DNA of 64,000 nucleotides from Candidatus Micrarchaeia archaeon (GCA_038871515.1 JAVZHX010000001.1:1-64000), one strand, 5' to 3'; positions 17,059 through 26,327 are shown, numbered from the stretch's first letter. The notes: generated by a model from the sequence alone, not told the origin. Translations and numbers: made by a program.

Positions 17059-19779
17059 ATGGAATGGCACTCGATGAACGTTAGAGAGGTTCTCTCAAAG
17101 CTTGGAACTTCTGAGGATGGTTTATCTGAAGAAGAGGCGAGGAGGAGGCTTGAGAAGTTTGGCTTTAATGAACTTAAGGAGATGAGGAGGAAAAGTCCTG
17201 TTCAGATGTTTCTTGAGCAGTTCAAGAATATGCTTATAGTTATACTGATAATTGCTGCCTTAATTGCTGCTCTGCTTGGGGAGACTGTTGATGCGTTTGC
17301 AATTCTTGTAATAGTTGTTTTGAATGCGGTACTGGGGTTTGTTCAGGAATACAGGGCGGAGAAAGCTCTTGAAGCTTTGAAACAACTTGCAGCACCGCAG
17401 GCAAGAGTGCTTAGGGGAGGAAAGGAGGTGAGGATTCCTGCGAAAGAGCTTGTCCCAGGTGATATTCTGCTTATTGAAAGCGGGGACAAACCTAGCGCGG
17501 ATGCAAGATTGATTCACGCAGTTGATATAAGAGTTGATGAAAGTTCACTAACAGGTGAATCAACTCCTGTTGAAAAGGATACGGCACCTGTTAAGAAGGA
17601 TGCGCAGGTTGCTGAAAGAAAAAACATGCTTTTTATGGGAACCGCTGTCACGTATGGGAGAGGAAAGGCCGTTGTTGTTGAAACTGGGATGAACACGCAG
17701 ATTGGAAAGATTGCTGAGATAATTCAGGTAACCGAAGAGGAGTTAACTCCTCTCCAGAAAAGGCTTGAGAAGTTTGGGGAGCAGGTTGGAATTGGGATAC
17801 TTATAATCTGCGGAATTGTTTTCATCAGCGAGATTATTGAAAGCCCTGACTTGATGGAGATGATTTACTCAATGAGAATTGCTGAGTTTCTTGGAAGCGC
17901 TCACCTTATAGAGCTCTTTCTCATCTCAGTCAGCCTTGCGGTTGCAGCAATTCCAGAGGGTTTGCCCGCTGTGATTACAATAACTCTTGCGATGGGTTTG
18001 CAGAGAATGGTGAGGAGAAACTCAATTGTCAGGAAGCTGCATGCTGTTGAAACGCTTGGCTCAACTGGCATAATCTGCTCTGATAAAACGGGGACGCTGA
18101 CGAGAAGTGAAATGACTGTAAGGAAGATTTATGTTGACGGGGAGTTCGTTGAGGTGACAGGGCAGGGCTATGAGCCGAAAGGGGAGTTCAGAAAGGAGGG
18201 CAACAGAATAAACCCAATGAAAGAAGCTGATCTGTCACTTCTTCTGAGAATAGGGGCGCTGTGCAATAACTCCCATCTTGAGGATGGGAGGGGATGGAAA
18301 GTAATTGGGGATCCAACTGAGGGCGCGCTGGTTGTCACAGTGGAGAAGGCGGGGTTATCCCATGAGGAGCTGAAGAAAAAATACCCAAGAGTTGAGGAAA
18401 TTCCTTTTGATTCCGAGAGAAAAAGGATGACAACAATTCACAAAACTCCTGAAAAAGAAATCCACGCATATATGAAAGGAGCATGTGAAATTGTGCTGGA
18501 GAGATGCTCGCACTTCATTGAGAATGGAAAGGTAAAAAAGCTAACTCCTGAGGTGAGGAAGGAGATTTTGAAAAGAAACTCCGAGATGGCGGAGGATGCT
18601 TTGCGGGTTCTTGCGTTCGCTTACAGAAAACTGGGAACAAAAAACTACTCTCCTGAAAGAGTTGAGAGAGAGATGGTTTTTGTTGGTTTGATGGGGATGA
18701 TGGATCCTCCGAGGGAGGAAGTTTACGAAGCAGTTAGAAAATGCGAGAGCGCTGGGATGAGAGTTGTGATGATCACTGGAGACCATAAGATAACTGCTGT
18801 TGCTGTTGCAAAGGAATTGGGAATAATGAAAAAAAGTTCAAGAGTGCTGACAGGAGAAGAATTAGACAAGCTTGGTGAAAAGGGTTTGGAGAGAATTGTG
18901 GATGAAGTTGCAGTTTACGCAAGGGTTTCACCTCAGCATAAGATAATGATTGTGAAAGCATTGAAGGCAAAGGGACATATTGTTGCAATGACGGGGGATG
19001 GGGTGAACGATGCGCCTGCTCTGAAGATGGCGGATATTGGAATTGCAATGGGAATGACTGGGACGGATGTTTCAAAGGAAGCAAGCGACATGATTCTTGT
19101 TGATGATAACTTTGCATCTATTGTTGCTGCGATTGAGGAGGGCAGGGGGATATTTGATAATATTAAGAAGTTCATCAAGTATCTGCTCTCCTGCAATGCC
19201 GGTGAAGTATTGACAATATTCTTCGCTCCCTTCCTGAACCTTCCAATTCCACTGCTTCCTCCCCAAATTCTGATGATGAATCTGGTAACAGATGGTTTGC
19301 CTGCGCTTGCATTGGGAGTTGAGCCAACCAACCCAAAAATTATGGAAAGACCTCCAAGAGACCCTGAGGAGGATATACTGAAGCCGATGATTCCGAATAT
19401 TGTGATGATTGGTTTTCTTACCTGTGTTGGCACTCTGTTGATTTTCAGCCAGTATTACGGAGGCAACCCATACAACCTGGATATTGCAAGAACGGCTGCT
19501 TTCACAACAATTGTCATGTTTGAGCTGTTCGTTGCGTTTGCATGCAGGAGCAGCACAAGAACGCTTGTTGAGGCAGGGGTTTTCTCAAACCGCTCCTTGA
19601 TTATTGCAGTTGCGTCATCAGTTGTTCTGCAGCTTGCAGTTATCTATCTCCCTCCACTCCAGACAGTTTTCAACACTGTGCCGCTTTCGTTAGATGATTG
19701 GGGTAGAATACTTGTTATCTCAAGCACAGCTTTCTTTGCGATGGAAATTGTGAAGTTGTTGAAAAGAAGAAAGCGCTGA
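17059..19779 (+). CDS. P2A-type (SERCA-like) cation/Ca2+-transporting P-type ATPase
   Basis: TGES, PEGL, DKTGT, KGA, DPPR, TGDGVND; M5 SCNAGE, M6 NLVTDG, M8 MFE. Confidence 0.95.
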   Translation: MEWHSMNVREVLSKLGTSEDGLSEEEARRRLEKFGFNELKEMRRKSPVQMFLEQFKNMLIVILIIAALIAALLGETVDAFAILVIVVLNAVLGFVQEYRAEKALEALKQLAAPQARVLRGGKEVRIPAKELVPGDILLIESGDKPSADARLIHAVDIRVDESSLTGESTPVEKDTAPVKKDAQVAERKNMLFMGTAVTYGRGKAVVVETGMNTQIGKIAEIIQVTEEELTPLQKRLEKFGEQVGIGILIICGIVFISEIIESPDLMEMIYSMRIAEFLGSAHLIELFLISVSLAVAAIPEGLPAVITITLAMGLQRMVRRNSIVRKLHAVETLGSTGIICSDKTGTLTRSEMTVRKIYVDGEFVEVTGQGYEPKGEFRKEGNRINPMKEADLSLLLRIGALCNNSHLEDGRGWKVIGDPTEGALVVTVEKAGLSHEELKKKYPRVEEIPFDSERKRMTTIHKTPEKEIHAYMKGACEIVLERCSHFIENGKVKKLTPEVRKEILKRNSEMAEDALRVLAFAYRKLGTKNYSPERVEREMVFVGLMGMMDPPREEVYEAVRKCESAGMRVVMITGDHKITAVAVAKELGIMKKSSRVLTGEELDKLGEKGLERIVDEVAVYARVSPQHKIMIVKALKAKGHIVAMTGDGVNDAPALKMADIGIAMGMTGTDVSKEASDMILVDDNFASIVAAIEEGRGIFDNIKKFIKYLLSCNAGEVLTIFFAPFLNLPIPLLPPQILMMNLVTDGLPALALGVEPTNPKIMERPPRDPEEDILKPMIPNIVMIGFLTCVGTLLIFSQYYGGNPYNLDIARTAAFTTIVMFELFVAFACRSSTRTLVEAGVFSNRSLIIAVASSVVLQLAVIYLPPLQTVFNTVPLSLDDWGRILVISSTAFFAMEIVKLLKRRKR

Positions 19780-19852
19780 TTTGGGAGTAATTTGGGTAAG
19801 AATTCGGGAAATTCATATATAAAGCTCAGTGGAATTCATAAGCGGTGAGTGT

Positions 19853-20314
19853 ATGGAGTTGAAGTGGATTGTGGCTGTGCTTTTGTTGTTTCTCTTCGGG
19901 ATAGGCGTGGTATATGCAGTTAGATGGCAGCCTGAAAACTCTGGGGGGTTTAGAATGCGAAATGAAACACAATGGAACCGCACTGATTGCAGGTATGAGT
20001 GGAGTGGCGAGGTTAGAATGTTTAATGAAACTGCATTTCAGCAGTTCATCCAAGCAATCAGTGAAAATGACTATGAAACTGCTATGGAACTGCATAGGGA
20101 GTATGGGTTTGGGGGAAGGTTATTTGATAAGCTTAATGAAACAACCTTTGCGAAGTATTCCAAAATTTACACTTTAAATATGGAGCTTATGGAGGAGCTT
20201 GGCATGAAGGGGCGGCCCGGCAAGCTTCCTTTAGCAGGTAAGTTTGCGAGAGGGAGATTCCAGGGCGCGGGATGGCACGGTTGCGCCACTGCTAATGAGA
20301 CCACCACCTCATAG
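19853..20314 (+). CDS. Secreted hypothetical protein with Gly/Arg-rich tail
   Basis: Signal peptide (MELKWIVAVLLL...VYA); GGTGAG RBS. Confidence 0.7.
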   Translation: MELKWIVAVLLLFLFGIGVVYAVRWQPENSGGFRMRNETQWNRTDCRYEWSGEVRMFNETAFQQFIQAISENDYETAMELHREYGFGGRLFDKLNETTFAKYSKIYTLNMELMEELGMKGRPGKLPLAGKFARGRFQGAGWHGCATANETTTS

Positions 20315-20328
20315 CCAAAGGTGAAAGG

Positions 20329-20643
20329 ATGGCAAGGCCGGCTCTGCCCCTGATTATCCTTGGGGTTCTTGCGGTTCTGATTGCAGTAATTGCCGTGTAT
20401 ATAGGTTACACTTCAACTGAGCGTGCAACCCTCTATGCAGCTTCTCAAACAGCTGATCGGGGTATGCGACAAAACTTCACTTCTGGCTTTTGGATGGCAA
20501 ACATAAGCGCTGCATGCGAAGGGAAATCTGAGGGAGACACCTGCTTCCTCCAAACCCCAAAAGGAAATGAAACAGGGACGTGCCAGACCCATGATGAAAC
20601 TTTAATCTGCGTGGGCAACTGGCAACGTCCTTATGAAAGCTGA
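20329..20643 (+). CDS. Small membrane-anchored protein with 4-Cys domain
   Basis: N-terminal TM; ACEGKSEGDTC...GTC...LIC. Confidence 0.7.
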   Translation: MARPALPLIILGVLAVLIAVIAVYIGYTSTERATLYAASQTADRGMRQNFTSGFWMANISAACEGKSEGDTCFLQTPKGNETGTCQTHDETLICVGNWQRPYES

Positions 20644-21348
20644 TTACCCCATCCCAAGCAACCTTCTCACTTCTTCCGGTGCTTCAAAGAATAGCTCAAG
20701 GGTTTTTCCACTGCTCCCCTCTGAAAGCTCAAGCTCAACTTCCTGAAATTTTTTGTTTTTAACATATTCATATCTCCCCTCTTTCAGGAAAAGCGAATAG
20801 GGTATTCCCCTGCCTTTAACAACTTCATAATCGTGCCCCGCTTCTTTTGGGACAAGCCCTGCAATCACCGCTCCTTTTCTTCCGCAGTATAATCTATGAA
20901 TGGAAGTAGGCGATATCAGCACCTCATCTCCTTCTTCCATATGGATGAAAGTTATCTTCCCTCTTTGCTCCTCGTATGAAACAAGAAATGCCTCACCTGC
21001 AAGAAGAGTGTAAACCTCAGAAAAACCTTTTTCGTGCTTATGCCCATACGTGAAGAACAATTCACCTGACTCTGAAGTTGAAATCACCCCGTAATTCAAA
21101 ACAGTTACGTCGCAGTTCACACCGGTTTTCTCAGAAAGTTCCTTTATTTTTGGAATTGTCTTCCATAAATTATAAACTTCGTATATTGTTACATCTCCTT
21201 CTTTTTTCAGCAACTCACGAGCATCTTTCAAACTGAAAACAACCTCATCCTCAATTAATCTGCTCAAACTCCTCCTCCAGCCAACTGCATTCTCATAGCT
21301 GATTAGGTAGCTCTTGCCTTCTTCCTTAATCTCTATCCCCAAGTCCAT
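20644..21348 (-). CDS. Cupin-type glucose-6-phosphate isomerase family protein
   Basis: DVTVL..G...GELFFTYGHKH...EVY.LLAGEA...H R...AGHDY. Confidence 0.8.
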   Translation of the reverse strand: MDLGIEIKEEGKSYLISYENAVGWRRSLSRLIEDEVVFSLKDARELLKKEGDVTIYEVYNLWKTIPKIKELSEKTGVNCDVTVLNYGVISTSESGELFFTYGHKHEKGFSEVYTLLAGEAFLVSYEEQRGKITFIHMEEGDEVLISPTSIHRLYCGRKGAVIAGLVPKEAGHDYEVVKGRGIPYSLFLKEGRYEYVKNKKFQEVELELSEGSSGKTLELFFEAPEEVRRLLGMG

Positions 21349-21453
21349 GGAACTAGATTGAGTCTTTTAGAATATAAAGATATCCTAGCGCTTTGTGGTA
21401 CCGTATTCAGCCCTATTATGTCGATAAGTCTATTTTGGTTGATTCTTATCACC

Positions 21454-22224
21454 TCATTCGATTATCTTCTTGAACTGCCAGGATGCCAGAAGCAGGAGTA
21501 TTGCATCGAAGAGGAGTATGGCGACAATATCGAGAGCCAGCTGGGATAGATTGCCTGTAATCAACAGGCCTCTCAGAGCATCAACAATGTATGTCATCGG
21601 ATTGACATTCGCGAATACCTGAAGCAGCGCAGGCATGTCGGATATTGGGTAAAGAGCATTGCTCGCGAAGAACATAGGCATTATTATCAGTTGGCCTAGT
21701 CCCATGAACCTCTCCCTTGTCTTCAGTATGGACGCGATGAGGATTGAAAGGGACGCGAACCCTATAGATGCGATGAATACGAGTATAAGAGCAAAAATGA
21801 GGTAAAGCGGATTCGGAAATATCGAAACTCCTATGAGAGCTGAAAATGGTATTATGAGCAGCGCTTGGAAAAGGGCCCTTGTCCCAGCTGCCATTGACCT
21901 CCCTAGAACAACGGCAAAGCCAGGCGAGGGGGATGCGAGCAGCTTCTTCAGGATGCCTGACTCGCGTTCCCATATTATCACGAGGCCAAAGAATATGGCA
22001 ACAGTAGTTGCCGACTGGACGAGAACCCCGGGCATTATGTAATCAGTGTAAGGGATGTCGATGTTTGGGATGACTTTGAGAGTCCCAATCACTGGCCCGA
22101 AGATGATGAGCCAGAGCATGGGCTGGACTGCCCTGACGTAGAGCTCAGTCCTGTCATGCATGATTCTTCTGATCTCAAGCTCCACCATTGAAAGTATGAC
22201 GCGCATGTATCCTTTGATATTCAC
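21454..22224 (-). CDS. ABC-2 permease (DrrB-like)
   Basis: WERESG.LKKLL.SP, FFASNALYP, NPMTY.VDALR. Confidence 0.92.
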   Translation of the reverse strand: MNIKGYMRVILSMVELEIRRIMHDRTELYVRAVQPMLWLIIFGPVIGTLKVIPNIDIPYTDYIMPGVLVQSATTVAIFFGLVIIWERESGILKKLLASPSPGFAVVLGRSMAAGTRALFQALLIIPFSALIGVSIFPNPLYLIFALILVFIASIGFASLSILIASILKTRERFMGLGQLIIMPMFFASNALYPISDMPALLQVFANVNPMTYIVDALRGLLITGNLSQLALDIVAILLFDAILLLLASWQFKKIIE

Positions 22225-23228
22225 CTTCCTCCCCTCCTTATCCTATCCCTAACTCCCTTGAAGTCGGCAAGTCGCTCTGTTGTATCCATAGACTCTTTCG
22301 TTCCAGCGTATTTCAGGAAGACATCGTCTATGCTGGGCTGGCGGATTGAAACCTTTTTGATATGTATGTTCTCCGCCCGCAGGGATTCTATAATTGGGTC
22401 CAGCAATGCCGTGCTGTCCCTTGCTGATATAAAAAGTTTATTTCCCTCATATTCAACGCTGCCCACGCCCTTTATTTTCTTCACTCTAGCCCGTGTATGC
22501 CTGCTTGGCTCGGAGTCAGTCTCTATCTCAATTCGGTCATAACCCACCGAGCTCTTCAGCTTTTCAGGCGAGTCTACCTTGATAATCTCCCCCCTGTTTA
22601 TTATACCAATCTCGTCAGCATAGTTGTCGGCCTCATCCATGTAGTGGGTGGTGAAGAACACGTTCACTCCGCTTTCCCGGTTCAGCAGTTTCAGCTTTTC
22701 CCAGATAGTCTTCCTATTAGCGGGGTCCAGCCCAATGGTTGGCTCGTCAAGGAATAGTATTTTCGGTTTGATCATTATTGCGCATGCCAGCTCCAGCTTC
22801 CTTATCATGCCACCCGAGTATGTGCTCGCAAGGCGGTTTGCCACCTCTGCAAGGTCCATGAGCTGGAGGGAATCCTCTATTGCACCTTTTCTCGCTGAAG
22901 CAGGAAGCCCGTATATCTTCGAGTAGATAAGCAGGTTCTCGTATCCGCTGATGTCCGTCCAGATGCTCATCTCCTGAGGAACATATCCAATGAGTTCGCG
23001 CAATTCCTCGCTCTGGCTGACTACATCCTTTCCCAAAACGGAAGCCTCACCTGCGGTTGGCTTGAACTGGGTGGTGAGAATCCTGAGCAGGGTTGTCTTT
23101 CCAGCGCCATTAGGACCGAGCAGAGCAAAGAGCCTGCCTTCCTCAACATTCAAGCTTACATTGTCAAGGGCAAGAATATCGCCATATTTTTTTGATAAGT
23201 TATGAATGCTGACTGCAAACTCATTCAT
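22221..23228 (-). CDS. ABC exporter ATP-binding protein (DrrA-like)
   Basis: GPNGAGKT, YSGGM, DEPTIGLDP, TTHYMDEA, C-terminal PSIDDVFL. Confidence 0.95.
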   Translation of the reverse strand: MNEFAVSIHNLSKKYGDILALDNVSLNVEEGRLFALLGPNGAGKTTLLRILTTQFKPTAGEASVLGKDVVSQSEELRELIGYVPQEMSIWTDISGYENLLIYSKIYGLPASARKGAIEDSLQLMDLAEVANRLASTYSGGMIRKLELACAIMIKPKILFLDEPTIGLDPANRKTIWEKLKLLNRESGVNVFFTTHYMDEADNYADEIGIINRGEIIKVDSPEKLKSSVGYDRIEIETDSEPSRHTRARVKKIKGVGSVEYEGNKLFISARDSTALLDPIIESLRAENIHIKKVSIRQPSIDDVFLKYAGTKESMDTTERLADFKGVRDRIRRGGR

Positions 23229-23271
23229 AACTAGTATTTAAAGGAGAAGTGATTAAAGAACTTTCGTAGGT

Positions 23272-23820
23272 TCAGAGCAATTTAAAATGAAAATATTCTG
23301 TTTTTTGGAATCCATTTTTATCCAGCATATGTTGCATTATCAGATTTTTTGTGCAGCAGTAAACCGCCTTTGCTCCTTCGGATTCACACTTCTCCAAAAT
23401 CTCTGCAAGGACGACGCTGCCTATCCTTTTCTTGCTGAGTTCTTCAGAGGGCGCTAGCTTCTTGCCTGCCGGCGTATCCTTCTCTTCAAATGGAATTGGG
23501 TAGAAAGTGTTAATCATTGCAATTTTATCACCATCTTTTAAACCTAGTTTAACAAACGCATCTCTTAACTTTGGCAGTTCAATTTCATGAAGTTTCTTAT
23601 AAACTAGTGTTATGCGTCCTATCTCCCTTTCCTTATCATTGCCAGGTGGAACTAGGAAAACGTCATATCTCACTTCCTTTCTCTCCCAGTTAGTTTGAAT
23701 CATTGTGCTTGTAGGTGTTTTTATGAGTTCAACAAATGGACGTTTGGACTCTTTTAAACGTATTACACCTGCAGGAGTTTCTGCCTCCTTTGGAGGTTCC
23801 TTGCTCTTTACCCACGCCAT
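23272..23820 (-). CDS. Hypothetical protein with divergent GNAT-like C-terminus
   Basis: KKRIGSVVL..ILEKC..EGAKAVYC...MQHMLDKNGF resembles GNAT motifs A/B. Confidence 0.55.
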   Translation of the reverse strand: MAWVKSKEPPKEAETPAGVIRLKESKRPFVELIKTPTSTMIQTNWERKEVRYDVFLVPPGNDKEREIGRITLVYKKLHEIELPKLRDAFVKLGLKDGDKIAMINTFYPIPFEEKDTPAGKKLAPSEELSKKRIGSVVLAEILEKCESEGAKAVYCCTKNLIMQHMLDKNGFQKTEYFHFKLL

Positions 23821-23861
23821 AGGTAAATTGTCATTTTTAGCTTAATAAGGCTATATTATAA

Positions 23862-23962
23862 TGGGCCCGGTGCGATTTGAACGCACGACCCCCCGGTTAT
23901 CAGCCGAGTGCTCCAACCAGGCTTTCAGCCTTGTATTTAACATACAAGAAAGCTACGGGCCC
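23862..23962 (-). tRNA. tRNA-Ile(GAT) with a 26-nt non-canonical intron (23924-23949, position 13/14)
   Basis: Removing the intron gives a 75-nt cloverleaf: GGGCCCG TA GCTT AGCCTGGTTG GAGC A CTCGG CTGATAA CCGGG GGGTC GTGCG TTCAAAT CGCAC CGGGCCC A. Confidence 0.92.
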
Positions 23963-24028
23963 TTCGCAGAATTATTACACACGAATATATTTAAATTCCT
24001 TAACTCAATTACTACTCAGGTGGTATTT

Positions 24029-25144
24029 ATGGCGGGAAAAACTACTTTCAGCTTAATTAAAGCGGATATTGGAAGCTACGCGGGACACTCCACGGTGCAT
24101 GAGGAAACAATGAAAGTTGCTGAGAGGAAGCTTGAGAAAGCAAAAAAAGCTGGCTTGATAATTGACTTCCGGGTAACCCACTGCGGGGATGATACAGAGC
24201 TGATAATGACGCACAGGCATGGAGTTGACAACCCCAAAATACACAAGCTTGCTTGGGATACGTTTGTTGAGTGCGCAAACGTTGCGAAGAAGATGCATCT
24301 CTACGGAGCAGGGCAGGATTTGCTGAAGGATGCTTTCTCCGGTAATGTAAGGGGGATGGGGCCTGGAAGCGCGGAGATGGAGTTCACTGAGAGAAAAGCT
24401 GAGCCAATCATTGCTTTCATGATGGATAAAACAGAGCCAGGTGCATTTAACCTTCCAATTTACAAAGTATTCGCAGACCCGTTCAACACAGCTGGTTTAG
24501 TTATAGACCCGTCTGTTCACGGAGGGTTTGTTTTTGAGATATGGGATATAATGGAGCACAAGAAAGTGATGATGAAAACTCCTGAGGAGATGTATGATAT
24601 ACTTGCGTTGATTGGCGCAAAGGGAAGGTATGTTATAAAAAGAGTTTTCCCAAAACCAGGTGGAAAGCTTCCTCCAGATGAACCGGTTGCATGCATAAGC
24701 ACTGATAAGCTTTATCAAATTGCCGGCGAGTACGTTGGGAAGGACGACCCATGCGGTATTGTGCGAGCACAGTCTGGTTTGCCTGCGGTTGGGGAAGTTT
24801 TGGAGGGGTTCAGCTTCCCGCATTTGGTTTCTGGCTGGATGAGAGGCTCCCATAATGGGCCGCTGATGCCCGTTGGGGTGAAGGATGCGAAGTGCACTAG
24901 ATTTGATGGACCTCCAAGGTTGGTTGCGCTTGGCTTCCAGCTTGCTGATGGAGAGCTTATAGGACCGAACGATATGTTTGACGATCCAGCGTATGATTAC
25001 AACAGATGGAGGGCTGCCGAGATTGCGGATTATATGAGAAGGCACGGTCCATTTGAGCCACACAGGTTGCCTTTGGAGGATATGGAGTACACAACTCTGC
25101 CAAATGTTCTTAAGAAGCTTGAAGGAAGGTTCACGAAGCTATGA
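24029..25144 (+). CDS. fbp: Bifunctional fructose-1,6-bisphosphate aldolase/phosphatase (class V)
   Basis: IKADIG, CGDD, LYGAGQDLL, DKTEPGAFN, YVGKDDP, GWMRGSH, MEYTTL; true start at ATG 24029. Confidence 0.97.
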   Translation: MAGKTTFSLIKADIGSYAGHSTVHEETMKVAERKLEKAKKAGLIIDFRVTHCGDDTELIMTHRHGVDNPKIHKLAWDTFVECANVAKKMHLYGAGQDLLKDAFSGNVRGMGPGSAEMEFTERKAEPIIAFMMDKTEPGAFNLPIYKVFADPFNTAGLVIDPSVHGGFVFEIWDIMEHKKVMMKTPEEMYDILALIGAKGRYVIKRVFPKPGGKLPPDEPVACISTDKLYQIAGEYVGKDDPCGIVRAQSGLPAVGEVLEGFSFPHLVSGWMRGSHNGPLMPVGVKDAKCTRFDGPPRLVALGFQLADGELIGPNDMFDDPAYDYNRWRAAEIADYMRRHGPFEPHRLPLEDMEYTTLPNVLKKLEGRFTKL

Positions 25145-26002
25145 AACCTGGAGCTCAAGCTTGAAAAATTTCATTGAAAGCAGGGCAAGCACTATGCAGA
25201 TGTCAAATATGATATTTCCACCTACTGCGTGGAATACCTGAAGGGCAAGCGACAAGCCGGAGTAGTACCAGAGGAATAAAACAACAGCAATTCTGAGCAC
25301 ATCCAAAACCCAGCCTCCAAAAATCCATCCGAAAAGCCAAAGAAGTTTGAATTTAAGCTCTCCTCTTGCAACGTGCGCAAAAGGAAGGAGGAAGCATAAG
25401 AGCGCTATGAAGGTGCTGAGGGGAACACATTCGGGAACAACTTCAAGAGAGATGCGCGAGCCTGAGTGAAATATGTTGCCGTCTCTTTCTATTGGAAGCC
25501 CAGCAAGCTTTATTGGGAAATGAACAATATCTGTTGTGAAATTTGTTATGGCTGTTTGAGTTGAGAGAAGCGGTTGAAAGAGAGGAGCCCAGAGCAGAAA
25601 GAGGTATGCAACCGGGAAGAGCATCTTTTCAAGCGTGGGCGTGCTGAAGAAGAGCAGAATGCAGCTTGCAACAAAAAGAGGAAGGGAGAGGATGTCAAAC
25701 CCAAAGTTCGGAAGGAAGCTTGAAGCATAGAGGAGCAGAGCTGCTGAGATAAGAAAGGCGGTGCCAAGCGCAAGCTTTCCAACATCTCTTTCAACAACCA
25801 GGTGTTTTCTGTAGAAGAAAATTACAAGTATGAGGAACATCGGTGGGATTATAATTTGGTAGGAATATGGGTCTGCATCATCAATGTAAAGCTTTAACTT
25901 GGAGAATGTTCTGTAATAAACAAAAAATGTAAAAAGAATTAGAAGGAAAAATGAAAGTAGGATGAAGCGAGTTTTCTTTTCTAATTTTTTTTGTTTTTTC
26001 AC
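25139..26002 (-). CDS. Exosortase/archaeosortase family protein
   Basis: About 8 TMs; EVVPEC (Cys), DVLRI (Arg), VFH (His); GTG start after GGTGA. Confidence 0.75.
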   Translation of the reverse strand: MKKQKKLEKKTRFILLSFFLLILFTFFVYYRTFSKLKLYIDDADPYSYQIIIPPMFLILVIFFYRKHLVVERDVGKLALGTAFLISAALLLYASSFLPNFGFDILSLPLFVASCILLFFSTPTLEKMLFPVAYLFLLWAPLFQPLLSTQTAITNFTTDIVHFPIKLAGLPIERDGNIFHSGSRISLEVVPECVPLSTFIALLCFLLPFAHVARGELKFKLLWLFGWIFGGWVLDVLRIAVVLFLWYYSGLSLALQVFHAVGGNIIFDICIVLALLSMKFFKLELQVS

Positions 26003-26006
26003 AACA

Positions 26007-26276
26007 TCACCTTTTGCAAATTTTTTTTCTTGAGAGAAATTGAAGCAGAAAACCGGTTGCAATCAGGAGCAAACCTACAACAACGAATAACCAGCTGTTT
26101 CTTCCAAAAAATAAAACAACTGCGCCAAGCACGGAAAAGAAAAGTGGTATTTGGGGGAATGCTGCGAAAACGCACGGTATGCACATCATGCTGAATGTTG
26201 CGGATAAACCTGCAATAAAACCTATCAATATAAGCCGCATATCAAGCTTTGTTTTCTTAGCCAATTTTTTGGGCAT
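26007..26276 (-). CDS. Small membrane protein with CxxC (MerT/MerC-like)
   Basis: Hydrophobic helices with CIPC; overlaps the RBS of the archaeosortase gene. Confidence 0.6.
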   Translation of the reverse strand: MPKKLAKKTKLDMRLILIGFIAGLSATFSMMCIPCVFAAFPQIPLFFSVLGAVVLFFGRNSWLFVVVGLLLIATGFLLQFLSRKKICKR

Positions 26277-26327
26277 AGTGTATATATGGTGGTATATTAA
26301 AAATATTCACTGCGTAAAAGGTTAGTT

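Noticed and set aside
21349..23862. Integrated element at the tRNA-Ile 3' end
   Set aside because: No duplicated tRNA 3' segment (att site) or integrase found by eye.
23861..24028. 56-aa N-terminal extension of fbp in the ORF track
   Set aside because: It is the antisense of tRNA-Ile plus promoter sequence; the family N-terminus and RBS fit ATG 24029.
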